Assembly (NCBI GenBank): GCA_951406725.2
Contig: OX597840.1
Coordinates: 7,812,001 to 7,876,000 of the forward strand
Source: Octopus vulgaris
Lineage: Eukaryota
Reading direction: 5' to 3'
DNA length: 64,000 bases
Numbering within the stretch: position 1 is the stretch's first letter; every line of letters starts with the position of its first letter. Shown here one piece after another: positions 12,414-25,252 of this stretch. Under the pieces are notes generated by a model. The model was given only the letters and a program-made list of their open reading frames with translations, was not told the DNA's origin and searched no databases. The position numbers and the translations under genes were made by a program.

Positions 12414-13365
12414 TGTATGAGTTTGTAATATCTATATCTTGTGTGAATATCTGCGGGAGTGTATATATTTATGACTTATGGATGTGTGTGTGTATGCATA
12501 TATATATATCATCGGTGTATGTAGTTAACAATTTTTCTTTTTTTCAGTCACATGGTTTCAGGTTATGTTCACCTGGGTGGCACCTGGAGTAAGTGTCTCC
12601 TGCGATAGTTCCAGGCCAGTGAAGGCCTTTTAAGTGAATTTGGTTGATGGAAAACTATATGAAAGCTCATCATATATGTGTATATACATGTGTGTGTGTG
12701 TGTGGTGTCTTCTGTGTGTCTTGACATTTGCACATTGATTATCAAAGATTACCATTCAGAGAAACACTTGCCCAAGGTACCACTCAGTGAGACTCAACTC
12801 AAAACCATGTTATTGTGAAATAAACTTTGTAATCTCAGTCATGCCTGCACATTTATGCATACATATAAAAATAAGAAAATGTGTACCAGATACTTGTATC
12901 TTTGTATGTATATATATATATATATAATTAGGGTTCAGCAAAAAAAATTGCTTTACCACATACCGAACTTTTAGAAATAGCAGTCAAAGAATTTTGCTAT
13001 TTCTTCTACTATAAGAAGAGTCTCCCAGACAATGTATACTCAAAAACAATTGTTTTATAGTAGAAGAAATAGCAAAAATTCTTTGGCTGCTATTTCTAAA
13101 AGTTCGGTATGTGGTAAAGAAAATTTATTTTTGCTGAACCCTAATTATATAAAGTAATGTTTAAGTTTACCATAAATGGTCCTTTTACATACTGAACACT
13201 GCTTGGTAAAATTATTAATTACTAATTAATTAATTAATTTTACCCTTTATTATTATTGACTATATATATATATATACATATATTTTTATATATATATACA
13301 CACACATACATACACACACTCACACATACACATTATATTATACATGTGTGTATCTTGATTTATGT

Positions 13366-13406
<41 letters not shown>

Positions 13407-13454
13407 CTGCATCACCTGTCTCCTTTTTTGTGTTACTCTCAATGTATGTATGTA

Positions 13455-13511
<57 letters not shown>

Positions 13512-13544
13512 AATAATTAAGAGAAGTGTCAACTTACAGACCAA

Positions 13545-15462
13545 CATTTTCTTGGTCTGTCTACAAAAAATATTCTAGTTTTAACTAAGGGACTATACAT
13601 GGATTTACTACTACAAGGAACTAATGAATTCATTAAAAGATTGAGATGGACAGCATACTTTTATGATGATGCGAAAGGGAACCAAATTAATAATAATTCG
13701 AACAACTATAATCTTAAAGCCTATAAAAATCCCTCCCCATAATCCTGCACTGTCAAACTTTGAAAAAGATTTCATTCACTTGGTGAAAAATTTTAAATTC
13801 ATGAAAACCTCTAACCATATTCAGAAGAAGCTGTCTAACATAATACTTAAAAGAAAAAACTCTGATAACATCCATGTTAAGTTAAATTAAGTTAATTTTT
13901 TGGCTCAAAAAGCAAAAAGCAAGGCCATGTAGGGTGACATGGAGTTATGTACAGGGAGGGTGTTCATGCAAAGAGTTCAGGCCATTTCTGGTCAAGAGAG
14001 ACTTTGAACCGAGCGGTCGTCGGCATCTTCAGATAAAACCGGAAATCTATATTCATTACCAATTGATGCCTACAATAACTTTATTCTCAAAGAATTCCAG
14101 TTGAAATACAAAACAGTAACCAATGCTAAATTGACGGAAATTAATGAGAATCACTTTGACTTAATTGAGGGGCTTAAATCACTGGATAGAACAGAATCTT
14201 AGGCCCCTATGATACCGCATTTCACTTTGAAGGATCATAAGATAGATTTTAAGAGTAAACAAGCAATAAGACTGATCTGCCCAACCAAATCCCACCTGGG
14301 CAAAATTAGTAAGTTCATCATCAATAAAATGATCCCTAATGTCAAAAGAAATGTAGATCTACCACTCTGGTGTTCTACCGGGGATGTCATTACATGGTTC
14401 TGCTCGCTAAATGATAAAAAGAAAACCTTTTTTTTACAGTTCAACATAAACAATTATTCCCAGTCTATCATGATGGATCTACTGGAAAAAGCAATTATGT
14501 TTGCTGAGAACTTTATGGATATAATCTCCTTTGATAAAGACATTATTTTTACAGCTAGGAAAACTCTAATTTCTTTTAAAAACAGGCTTTGGACCCATAG
14601 TGACAATCATGACAACTTTGACATTACAATGGGTTCCTTTGACTCTGCCTAGATCACTGATGTAGTGGGCCTATTTCTACTTTGGAAAATTAAGGATGAG
14701 TTCCCAGATATCAGTGGAGGTCTATACAGGGATGACATCTTATTTGCTATCTCTGGCTCTTCGCTACAAACAACAGAATTAAGAAAAGAATTTATCAAAT
14801 TTTAAAAAATATATAGTTTAGAGATTATGTTTGAAAATACTACTAGAATTGCTAACTTTTTAGGTGTAACACTAAATTTAGATAATGGGTTATTATTTTA
14901 TTCCTACTACAAGCCGAATAAAACCATCCAATATATTTTGCATTGTCATGGGTAGTAATCAATTTGAGCTTAAGAATAATAGGAACAGAGCTTTAATATG
15001 AGTAATAATAATAATAATAACACAGATAATGAACATATAAATGTAAGGGACCAGAATAAAGCCTGTAATATCCGGAACTGCGATCTGTGTCCATTTGGGG
15101 GCTCCTGCTTAAGAAACAATGTAGTATACCAGGTTGAGGTCACAACCAATTTTAAGACAAGATGTAGGGGGCATATCAGTTCATTCTCAAATCCAGGAGC
15201 AAAAAATTCAATGTATGTAACACTCGCTACATACATTAACAAACTAAAAACATGAAATAAAGAATTCGACTTAATCTGGTCTATTATAACAGAAACTACT
15301 CCATATGAGATGAATACCAGAAATTGTACGTTATGTACTAAGGAAGCAATTAGTATATTTTGTACAGACAAAAAAAATCTTAACAAAATTTCTGATGTTA
15401 TAGTAGCATGTAGACATAAGTACTTACCTATGTTTAAATTCTTCAGAAAATTACTAGATTAG
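13545..15462 (+). pseudogene. Decayed Penelope-like retroelement ORF (RT plus C-terminal GIY-YIG-type endonuclease)
   Basis: Ordered motifs FIKRLRW, SDKTGNLY, FTLKDHK..RLICPTKSHLGKISK, FDITMGSFDSA, GLYRDD, NFLGVTLNL, CNIRNCDLCPFGGSCLRNNVVYQ, CTLCTKE, ACRHK. Contains stops, frameshifts, deletions and a nested CR1 piece. An AT-rich 3' region runs to about 16380. Confidence 0.88.
13878..14029 (-). mobile_element. Short CR1 3' end nested in the Penelope-like ORF
   Basis: Near-identical to 3765-3876 plus tail. Splits the host peptide NIHVK/SDKTGNLY. Confidence 0.85.
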
Positions 15463-16385
15463 AATTTTGAACCTACGAACATTAATTTATCTGAAATATC
15501 TTACAAAATTTTAGTCTCCACCTTTAGTTTGTTTCATTCAACTTAACAACTGAAACCTAAATGAATTTTTATAAATGCTTAAACTTAAAATTCCTATATA
15601 TTTTTATCTTAATTCATTGATACCCTATTTTTAATGATCTAAGTTCTGAGTTTGAACCCACCAATCTTCCACATCAGTGGTCTGAATTAAGCGATTGTTA
15701 TAAATTCTCAATCAAATTTTTATATTGTGTGATTTAAAAAAAATATTTTTTTTCAATAGCCAAAGTTTTGAGTTGATCCTATCAGCCTTCTACATGCATG
15801 GACTCACCCTAAAATCGATCATCAATAATCTAATAGTTTATTTAAACATTTAACTTAGGTTTAATTTGAACTATTTGCTTCCCTCCTCTCGCATGTACAG
15901 TATGCTTCTTCGATTCAAGATCCATAATTTTAGGAAAATTCTTGTATTTTTAGGATTTTTTTTACAAATCTTTAAAACAATTATGTTATCTTAAAACGCT
16001 TCTATGTTTCGAAATTATATAATTTGAACTCTTTTAAACCTTTAATGTACTTCTGATGAGAGAAATGTGGCCAATTGTTATGGATGGAAAACTTGGCCAT
16101 TTCAAACCACAATCTTTCACAATGCTCATAAGAATATGTACTCATTAACGATTCATCCTAATTTATTGTATACCACTGCTCCTTGGATTCCTACCTTGTC
16201 ATTGAATCGTAAAAATTTGAATGCTTAACACCGAATGTTTTAATTCAGGTACATTTATGTATTGTACACCTTCATGATTTGTATATTTTTACTTCAATTA
16301 ATACTGTATGTAAGTATGCCTATGATGCGAAGTGTTTTGATTTGATAAAGGGACCTGACCCTTTGAAATTTGTTTTCCATTCTCA

Positions 16386-16432
<47 letters not shown>

Positions 16433-16581
16433 GTAAAATAATATGTGACAATTATTCGGATGCCGAGGTGGAAATCCACAACACCATCTCTTCGGTTATC
16501 TGGCCATGATAAATCTGTCCTCAGATATCTTACACACCATGTATACACACATATAGATATATATATGTATATACATACATG

Positions 16582-16615
<34 letters not shown>

Positions 16616-17342
16616 TATACATACATACATATATAGAGATGGTCGTGTGGATTTCCACCTCGGCATCCAAAACTGAGTTTTTTCTTGGCTACCGAATAAT
16701 TGTCACATATTATTTTACAGATAAATTTCCTCTATTTACGTAATATTGATGTCCCTTTCGTAATATTGATGTCCCTTTCTTTCTTTTGTTATCTTACCGT
16801 TTTTACCAATACACATGGACATATATATATATATATATATATATGTGCACGCACATGCATATTATCTACATAAATCACATTTATTTATGTGTATCGTTTG
16901 TCTTTCATGTCCACTCATTTATACCTCAGCAGCTTATGATGCCTACACTGCCAATTTCAACAATATTATCGCAGGTGTTGAAATTGTGGTGATATCTGGT
17001 CGTTATGTGATGAGGGGTCAAACCTGTCCATGTGTATTGTGCGTTTTCCCTGTTTATCAAAATGTTCCTTCGTCGTCCCACTGTGACACATCTTTAACAT
17101 TCACACTTATATATATGTGTATGTATAGTATAACTCTGTGTATGTATGTATGGGTGTTATTGTATGAGGATATCTTCTGAATTGTGCGAAAAGAAGCAAA
17201 CACCAATACAAAGAATGGTAGACTGCCATAAACTATATTTCAGCTCGGCGCCTGGTGCCAATTCTTGTTTTTCTTCTCACGATACGTTTGTATTCTTTGC
17301 TGTAATTTGCCTCAATCACGCTGTCATTTCAATTGCTTTTAG

Positions 17343-17378
17343 TCAACCGAATTCTCAGAGACAACTAGTGCAAGCTCT
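17343..17378 (+). CDS. Candidate 36-nt exon
   Basis: ttgcttttag|TCAACC...GCTCT|gtaagt, a consensus donor. Open in phase 0 (STEFSETTSASS) and phase 2 (QPNSQRQLVQA). Confidence 0.35.
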
Positions 17379-17683
17379 GTAAGTAAACTTATTTTCTTAA
17401 AAGCAACATGCATGCACGAACAGACAGACAGATAGACACACGCACACGCACACAGACACACACACACACGCGCACACACACACACACACGGTCATATACC
17501 TTCTTTACAGAACATGCATTTATGCAAAAATACAGGTGGATGTGTACATAGGTACATGGTTTGTCTTTTAGTGGTTTAAAACCAGTCTGCTTTACGAGTC
17601 CCCATGTTTGTGGTCTTTACATCTGTTTCAGTCATGTTGCTCTGCATTGGAGGGGTCAGGAAAATCTTGGAATAATACTGTTT

Positions 17684-17723
<40 letters not shown>

Positions 17724-17726
<3 letters not shown>

Positions 17727-18091
17727 ATATAAACGGCAGTTTGTCTGTGCGTGTTTCTGTGTGTCTGTTTGCTTGTACCCTCACCCTGACCACGTCTATC
17801 AACCGATTCTGATGAAACTTGACACACACATAGCCCAATGTCATAATTCAAAACTAACACAGCGAAAATTTTGAAAAGTTCCCCCAGTTCTGAAAAAAAT
17901 CGATAAATTCGACATGAGGTCGAGAATCAGAAACACAAACCGCAAACTGTCTAGGGGACGCAACTTCACCTTTTTTTTACTCTCAAAAAAAATTTACCAT
18001 CATTTTTTTCCATTTTTTGGCTATAACTCTCTAAAAATGCTTTATAGTTATTTCCATTACAAACCGGAGCAACGCTGGGCGATACTGCTAG
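17724..18091 (+). mobile_element. Non-autonomous Helitron
   Basis: A|TC 5' end, subterminal GC-rich imperfect hairpin ccggagcaacgctggg, CTAG|T 3' end, no target duplication. Confidence 0.7.
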
Positions 18092-18103
18092 TATATATAT
18101 ATA

Positions 18104-18332
18104 TTCGACAACTGCGTGCATCCACCGATTATCGGTGAGCCGGGCGACGTGTCCAGCCCATCTATACTTGCTGCGTGACCACCTGGAAGACCTCCACGAC
18201 GGTGGAGTTACGATTTCAGGAAGACGATCGGGATCACGTGGATGAGAAAGGCGCGATCCAGAGAGGAGTGGACAGCGTGTTGTGACCAGCGGTGTCAAAT
18301 GGATGCCCAACAGACCGGTCGGTCAAGGTGAT
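18104..18332. mobile_element. RTE-type LINE 3' fragment with an inverted 5' part
   Basis: Minus strand 18104-18175 reads KYRWAGHVARLTDNRW. Plus strand 18176-18332 reads PPGRPPRRWSYDF..WMRKARSREEW. Confidence 0.75.
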
Positions 18333-18696
18333 ATATATATTATTGGACTGCTTGGTTGCTCCAGTGGATGGTGATTCAGCTGGAGACAGCTGAACAATGG
18401 TCTTAGTTTGGTGCTAAATACACTAGGAAAAAAACTCCCTTCAAAAAGGTTAGTGACATTCTGATATGAGATTTTATGAATTTTGTTAAAAAATGAACTT
18501 TTTAAAAAAAATCCCTTTTATAATAAAAAAAACTATTAAGTAATTTTTCACAAAACCTTTCAAACACATACACCCACGTGTATATTTACATGCTCTTAAA
18601 TATATGACTGGACATATATTTAACAGCATATAAATACTTCATTGCTCTATCCATAACGGTCTATTTTATTTTCGGATACATGATTCCCGGATAATA

Positions 18697-18742
<46 letters not shown>

Positions 18743-18745
<3 letters not shown>

Positions 18746-19065
18746 GGTTAGAGCGTCGAGCTTACAATCGTGAGGTTGTGAGTTCGAATCCCGGACCGGG
18801 CTGCGTCTTGTGTTCTTAAGCAAGACACTTTATTTCACGTTGCTCAAGTTAACTCGGCTGTAGAAATGAGTTGTGAAATTACTGGTACCAAGCTGTATCG
18901 GCTCCTTTGCCTTTCCCTTGGATAACACTGGTGGTGTGGAGAGGGGACGCTGGCATACATGGGCGACTGCTGGTCTTCCATAAACAACCTTACCCGGACT
19001 TGTGCCTGGGAAGGTAACTTTCTAGGTGCAATCCCATGGTCAGTCATGGCCGAAGGGGGTCCCCT

Positions 19066-19066
<1 letters not shown>
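18743..19066 (+). mobile_element. tRNA-derived SINE family E; further copy at 24117-24438 and minus-strand remnants near 4150, 6730 and 6970
   Basis: GGTTAGAGCGTCG...GAGTTCGAATCCC head followed by gtgttcttaagcaagacactt. Confidence 0.8.
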
Positions 19067-19114
<48 letters not shown>

Positions 19115-19185
19115 CATTCACATAGATATACATATATATATATACATATACATACATTCACATAGATATACATATATATACACAT

Positions 19186-19228
<43 letters not shown>

Positions 19229-19481
19229 CACACATATACAAACACACACACATATATATATATATAAACATACACACGCATTCATACATACATATATATA
19301 TACATACATATATATATATACACACATATATGTACATACATACTTATACATAAATATAAAACTTAAGTTCAGATGAATATGATACTTATGTTGAGGCACC
19401 AGAATTTAGTATGATATTATCCATACAATTTCAAAATAAGGTGATTAAAATCAAAATAAGTAACTAGGATATCCAGAGGTA

Positions 19482-19569
19482 ATGCAGTACGATCGTTTCA
19501 AGCAACTACATTTAATTGAACAATGCAATCATTACATCAATTTAAATGCAGAGCAATCCTCAGATGCAT
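19482..19569 (-). ncRNA. Partly decayed type-I hammerhead motif with long stem II
   Basis: Reverse complement: ATGCAt-CTGAGGA-..CTGCATTTA..TAAATGTAG..-GAAA-CGATCG-TA-cTGCAT. Palindromic stem III and GUA site. Confidence 0.45.
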
Positions 19570-19571
19570 AA

Positions 19572-19644
<73 letters not shown>

Positions 19645-21134
19645 AATATATCTATATATATATATACAAATATATCTGTACATATGTATATGTAACAGGT
19701 GATAACAAAAGATTTGGGCGATACCAGAAAAGTACACAAAAAAACAAGGCCGGGCTATTAGGAGCTTTGTCGTCAGTCGAGTTCCAAATTGTTGTTGCAG
19801 TTTCAGCCACTTACACTCAAGACTGCTCCAATCTGGCTGCCCTAAGAAAATCCATGCTAAGAACACTAGCTTCTTTGGAAGAAACCAAGCGAATGTATAT
19901 GAAATCAAAGAGAAAAATACAGAAATAGTACACAATTATAAATACAAACAATAGGACATTAACAACAGGTGTCTTTTGACTAAGGATGAATTAAATTAAG
20001 CTGGCGTGTGTGGAAGTGAAGCCTTATGGCAGGAACATAAGTGATGAATGTCATGTGAAGGAATATATGAGATGCTACATGGATGGTAGTCATACAAAGA
20101 AAGATTGGTCAGGCTTGGCAGAACACCGATCACATGGAAGGAGAGGAGAGAGGTAAGGGGCAGACGGATTGAAGAATTAGAGAGGGATGAGAAAGAGAGA
20201 CAACGAAAGAAATAGGACAGAGTGAGGTAAAATAGGAGGGAAAAGAAGAATGAATGGAAAGCCAAGAAATGTGAGATTGGGTGCAACAACAAGAAAAGTG
20301 GGAGGAAGGAAGAAAGTGTGAAGAGTGCTACAAGGGGGTGTAAGAGTCGTACAGAATTTAGATATATAAATACATATATGTATAAATATGTATGTAAACA
20401 CATAGATATATGTATATGTATAAATATATATGTATGTATATCACCGTGACTGATCAGGCTATCAGATGTTGCTACACATCGCTGGTCACAATGTGCTTCG
20501 CATTGTTTTAGCCTTCAAATGACGCCACCCCGCTGGCTAAGTGAGCGGGCCAACAGAAGAAAGAGTGAGAGAAAGTTGTGGCGAAAGAGTACAGCAGGGA
20601 TCGCCACCACTCCCTGCTGGAGCCTCGTGGAGCTTTAGATGTTTTCGCTCAATAAACACTCACAACACCCGGTCTGGGAATCGAAACCGCGATCCTACGA
20701 CCGCGAGTCTGCTGCCCTAACCACTGGGCCATTGCGTATGTATATATCTATAAATATATATGTACTTTATTTAAAAGCAGCAGAAATTCAACAAAACCTG
20801 TTACTCGGAGTTTCATGTTCCCGTTCGTCGGATAGTTTTGTTAAAAATATATATGTTAAAAAATACAAGATAAGAAAATGGAGAAATACATCCAAATCAA
20901 ATATCAATTACCAGATAATACTCAATCACATACTGAGGGTTAAATATAAAAAGCAGAACAAATCAGTGTACATAGAGGAAAGTACATAAAAAAGTGTACA
21001 TAAAAGAGTAATGTTGTATAAGTAGAATATATATAAAAGAGAATATAAATACAACCCCTATCTCAATTTGTAACTATGTTAAAAAATATATATCTATGTA
21101 TATATGTGTATGAATATATATATTTATACATACT

Positions 21135-21680
21135 GGTAACATACTGGATCTCTGCTTCACAAATAAAATGGATCTCATCCATAATGTGAAAGTGGCGCCA
21201 AAGCTACTCTCGGATCAGAACATGGTAGAGCTGACCATGTATGGACCAAAGGAAACCATGGATATGCAGCCTACAAGAAACACTCAGAATCTTTCTACCT
21301 TGGACTTCCATAAGGCAAACTGGAAACAAATTGAGATAGAGATCCTCAAACAAAATTGGCCTAAATGTCTCTCCTCACTGTACATCGACATGAAACTTCA
21401 GCAATTCATGCCTGTAATGCAAGCTATATTCTACAAATGTGTCCCAGAGAGAAAGGCCACTGTACACAAGAACAAAATCCCCAGGGAGAAGAAAATTCTT
21501 ATGAGACGGCTTACAAAAATTTCAAATCGCCTAAACAAACAATTTGAAAGCAGTGAAAAGTCCTGCCTGAAAATGCAACTGCTGGAGATTGAAAAAAATC
21601 TGCAACTCTCCCATGAAAAAGAAAGAGCAGACAAAGAAGCCTGGGCTATAGACGATATAAAATCTAACCCCAGGAAATGT
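21135..21680 (+). mobile_element. CR1-like LINE ORF2 fragment (endonuclease end and linker)
   Basis: ILDLCFTN..LSDQNMV..DFHKANW..IKSNPRK. Confidence 0.75.
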
Positions 21681-23182
21681 GTCACGGCCGACATAAACAT
21701 TGATGTTTCCTAGGGCTAAATAGCAGTGGTGTGATTCCCTTTATGGGACTGTCACATTAAGTTGACAGTATACAGCTGCTCTATATAAACATATATGTAT
21801 ATAAATATATAGATATGGATATATATATATATATATACATATATATATGTAAATATGTGTGTGTGTATATATATTTATATATAGTTAATCCAAACATGAA
21901 AACACAAAGAGAAAACACAACAACGCGAGGACGTGGAACAAGTATAGTATTATTGGACGCTAAGGGTTTAATGTTTTGAGCGGAGCTCTTCGTCAGAAAC
22001 ATAAGAAAAGGAAAGATCCAAAGAAGGAAAGACAGAGGAAAAAAATCGCCAACAGTACACACGTGGTCACATTTATATATGCACCCAGACACACACACAG
22101 GCAGACAGAAGAATGGATTGTCTACCAATATGTCAGTAATTGGTAGATTAAGCAATTAGGTGACCTGTCTCTATACACTTTTCAAGTTATAGCATTGTCA
22201 CTTATTGGTGTACACATGAATGTCCTGTCTGTGGCTGACAATTAACCTGTCCCTTCCTTCAGTGGCATGTTAATTTGGGAGAATATTTGAATCTTTAGAT
22301 TTTCTCCCTTCTCGAGTAGAAGTGGTCTTCACTGCAATATGTTAAGGATGACACGTCCTGTTGTGGCAAAGATATGGTTGATACATGAAAAATTTATGTG
22401 TATTGCACTTTGAGTTTTTTGGGGGTTTTTTTTGCTCAGTTTTGTTTAATTTAAGAAAGCCTGGCTAGCACTGCCTGTTAGGTAACAAATAACTCTGTGG
22501 ATATAGGGATCTATGTCAAAAGGCTTGTTGCTCTGTTCTGTAGAAAAGAGCTGAAAAATGAAATTTTCTTACAAAACAAATTTTCTTACACACACAAATT
22601 CAAAAACATTAAACGTATATAAATTTCAACTGCAAAACCCTAAACAAATCCAGACATATGTACATATTTTTGCATTTTTTTACCCTCTTATTTTGTTCCT
22701 TCCTATTTTCATTTCTACAAAAAACCAAAAAAAAAAAAAACCAAAGAAATATCCCACTTAGATTTGAACCGTAGTAGCACATTTTATTTTCCTCTGTAGT
22801 ATTTTTTGTACCATTCGTTCCTTTCCAAAGATGATCCTTTCATTCGGTGTAACTCCCGTCTCCTTTTTCTTTTCTCATTGGTTGTTTTTGTACCAAAGCT
22901 CACGAATCATGGCTGTCCATCCATTCTTTGTTTTACCTTTTCGTGTATGTTAGCGTAGAATCTATATATTGTAAATTCCTGAAATTTTCATTTCTCCACT
23001 TTTTACCTCCGTCTTGTCTTATTTTATTCACCCTCAACTTTTTCAGTTACATTTACTCTTGTCTTTTTTGCTGAATATTTTCTTTTACTTTCTCATTTTC
23101 TTGTCTTTTATCCTGTCTTGTATCTTGAATACACATACATATATGTATGTATCTCTCTCTGTCTCTTTGTGTGTGTCTATGC

Positions 23183-23224
<42 letters not shown>

Positions 23225-23317
23225 TTGAATATATATATATACATATACACACACACACTTAGTTGCATGTATCCTCTGTAGCTTCTACAATATTTTTGTG
23301 TGTATGTGTGTGTATAT

Positions 23318-23870
23318 ATGCATAAATTTATCCATATGTGTATATATACATAAATTTATCTATATGTGTATATATACATAAATTTATCTATATGTGTATA
23401 TATATATGCATAAATTTATCTATATGTGTATATATACATAAATTTATCTATATGTGTATATATGCATAAATTTATCTATATGTGTATATATACATAAATT
23501 TATATGTGTATATATACATAAATTTATATGTGTATATATACATAAATTTATATGTGTATATATAGATAAATTTATATGTGAATATATAGATAAATTTATC
23601 TATATGTGTATATATGCATAAATTTATATGTGTATATATACATAAATTTATCTATGTGTATATATGCATAAATTTATATGTGTATATATACATAAATTTA
23701 TATGTGTATATATGCATAAATTTATATGTGTATATATACATAAATTTATCTATATGTGTATATATGCATAAATTTATCTATATGTGTATATATGCATAAA
23801 TTTATCTATATGTGTATATATGCATAAATTTATCTATATGTGTATATATGCATAAATTTATCTATATGCA
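23318..23870. repeat. Minisatellite with ~22-28-bp units (tgtgtatatatRcataaattta[tc]ta)
   Basis: About 20 tandem units. Confidence 0.9.
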
Positions 23871-24049
23871 AATAGATGAAAGAAAGTTGTACTCAACACA
23901 TGTGGCAGATGTTATTCAATTGTTTGACTCAGCTCCATGTGACTTTTAGTTTCATGTGTGCGTTGGACATGTCTATCTTATCGGATGCCGGAAGCATGAG
24001 CATGTAGCCCATGAGACTGTCATGTCGAGCCGAGTCAAACTGTAATTGA

Positions 24050-24086
<37 letters not shown>

Positions 24087-25017
24087 AAGCTGGAGTAGTA
24101 CATGCTTGGCATATGAAGGCATATGGCTTAGTGGTTAGAGCGTTGAGCTGACAATCATGAAGTAGTAGTTCAATCCCTGGGCCAGGATGTGTGTTGTGTT
24201 CTTGAGCAAGACACATTATTTCATGTTGCTCCAGTTCGCTCATCTGTAGAAATGAGTTGCGACATCACTGGTGCGAAGCCTTTCCCCTTGGATAACATCA
24301 GTGGCATGGAGAGGAGAGGTTGTCATGCATGGGTGACTGTTACTCTTCCATAAATAATCTTGCCTGGACTTGTGCCTTGGTGGGTAACTTTCTAGGTACA
24401 ATCTCATAGTCATTCGTAACTGAAGTGAGTCTTTACCCACTTTTACATGCTTGGCAAGTGGAATACTGCCTGGGACCAGATTGTAGATGGAACAAGGAAT
24501 CTTTTGTCATTTCTGAATGAGCAATACTTGTTGTAAAATAAAATAGGATGTAGAGGGTTCGTTGGACACAGTGTGAGACGACTGTTGTTATCGCTAGGCC
24601 TAACTCATCGTAAAGTCAATACCACCATGACTGATATCCAATCTACAGTGGAGAAGGCTAGCCACTGGATTTGGTTAAAAAGAGACGATGAGCGATGGCT
24701 AGAAGGATATTGAGCTTTATTTCATAACCAGTTGATCTAGCAGGCAGGGCCTCATATCAGTGAGGGGGGCCCAGTGCGCATTGATGCCGTCGAGAGGTAG
24801 GCCCCAAAACGGCACGCATTCTCTCCTGATGACCCCATACACTTGCTAGCTTCCGATATACGGAGCTTTTGACTGGTAGCACTTGCATTTGCAAGTTGTT
24901 TGCAAGACAAATGGTGTGTGTTTGAAATGAATATTATGACTTTCCAATAATGTAATTGTTACATGCTTGTACACATGCAACTCAGTGGCTCCTGTTCTCT
25001 GAAGGTACTAGATTTGA

Positions 25018-25054
<37 letters not shown>

Positions 25055-25209
25055 TAGATACTTATTTTTCTCCGGTTGGTCAAGTGATGTTGACACCTGA
25101 TGAGACCCCAATAAAGCCTGAAAATTTAGGCTGTTCATTTTTTCAATCTATGGAGAAATAGGCATATTTGACATGTCTGCATGTCTACTAGATAGGTTTA
25201 AATATATAT

Positions 25210-25252
<43 letters not shown>

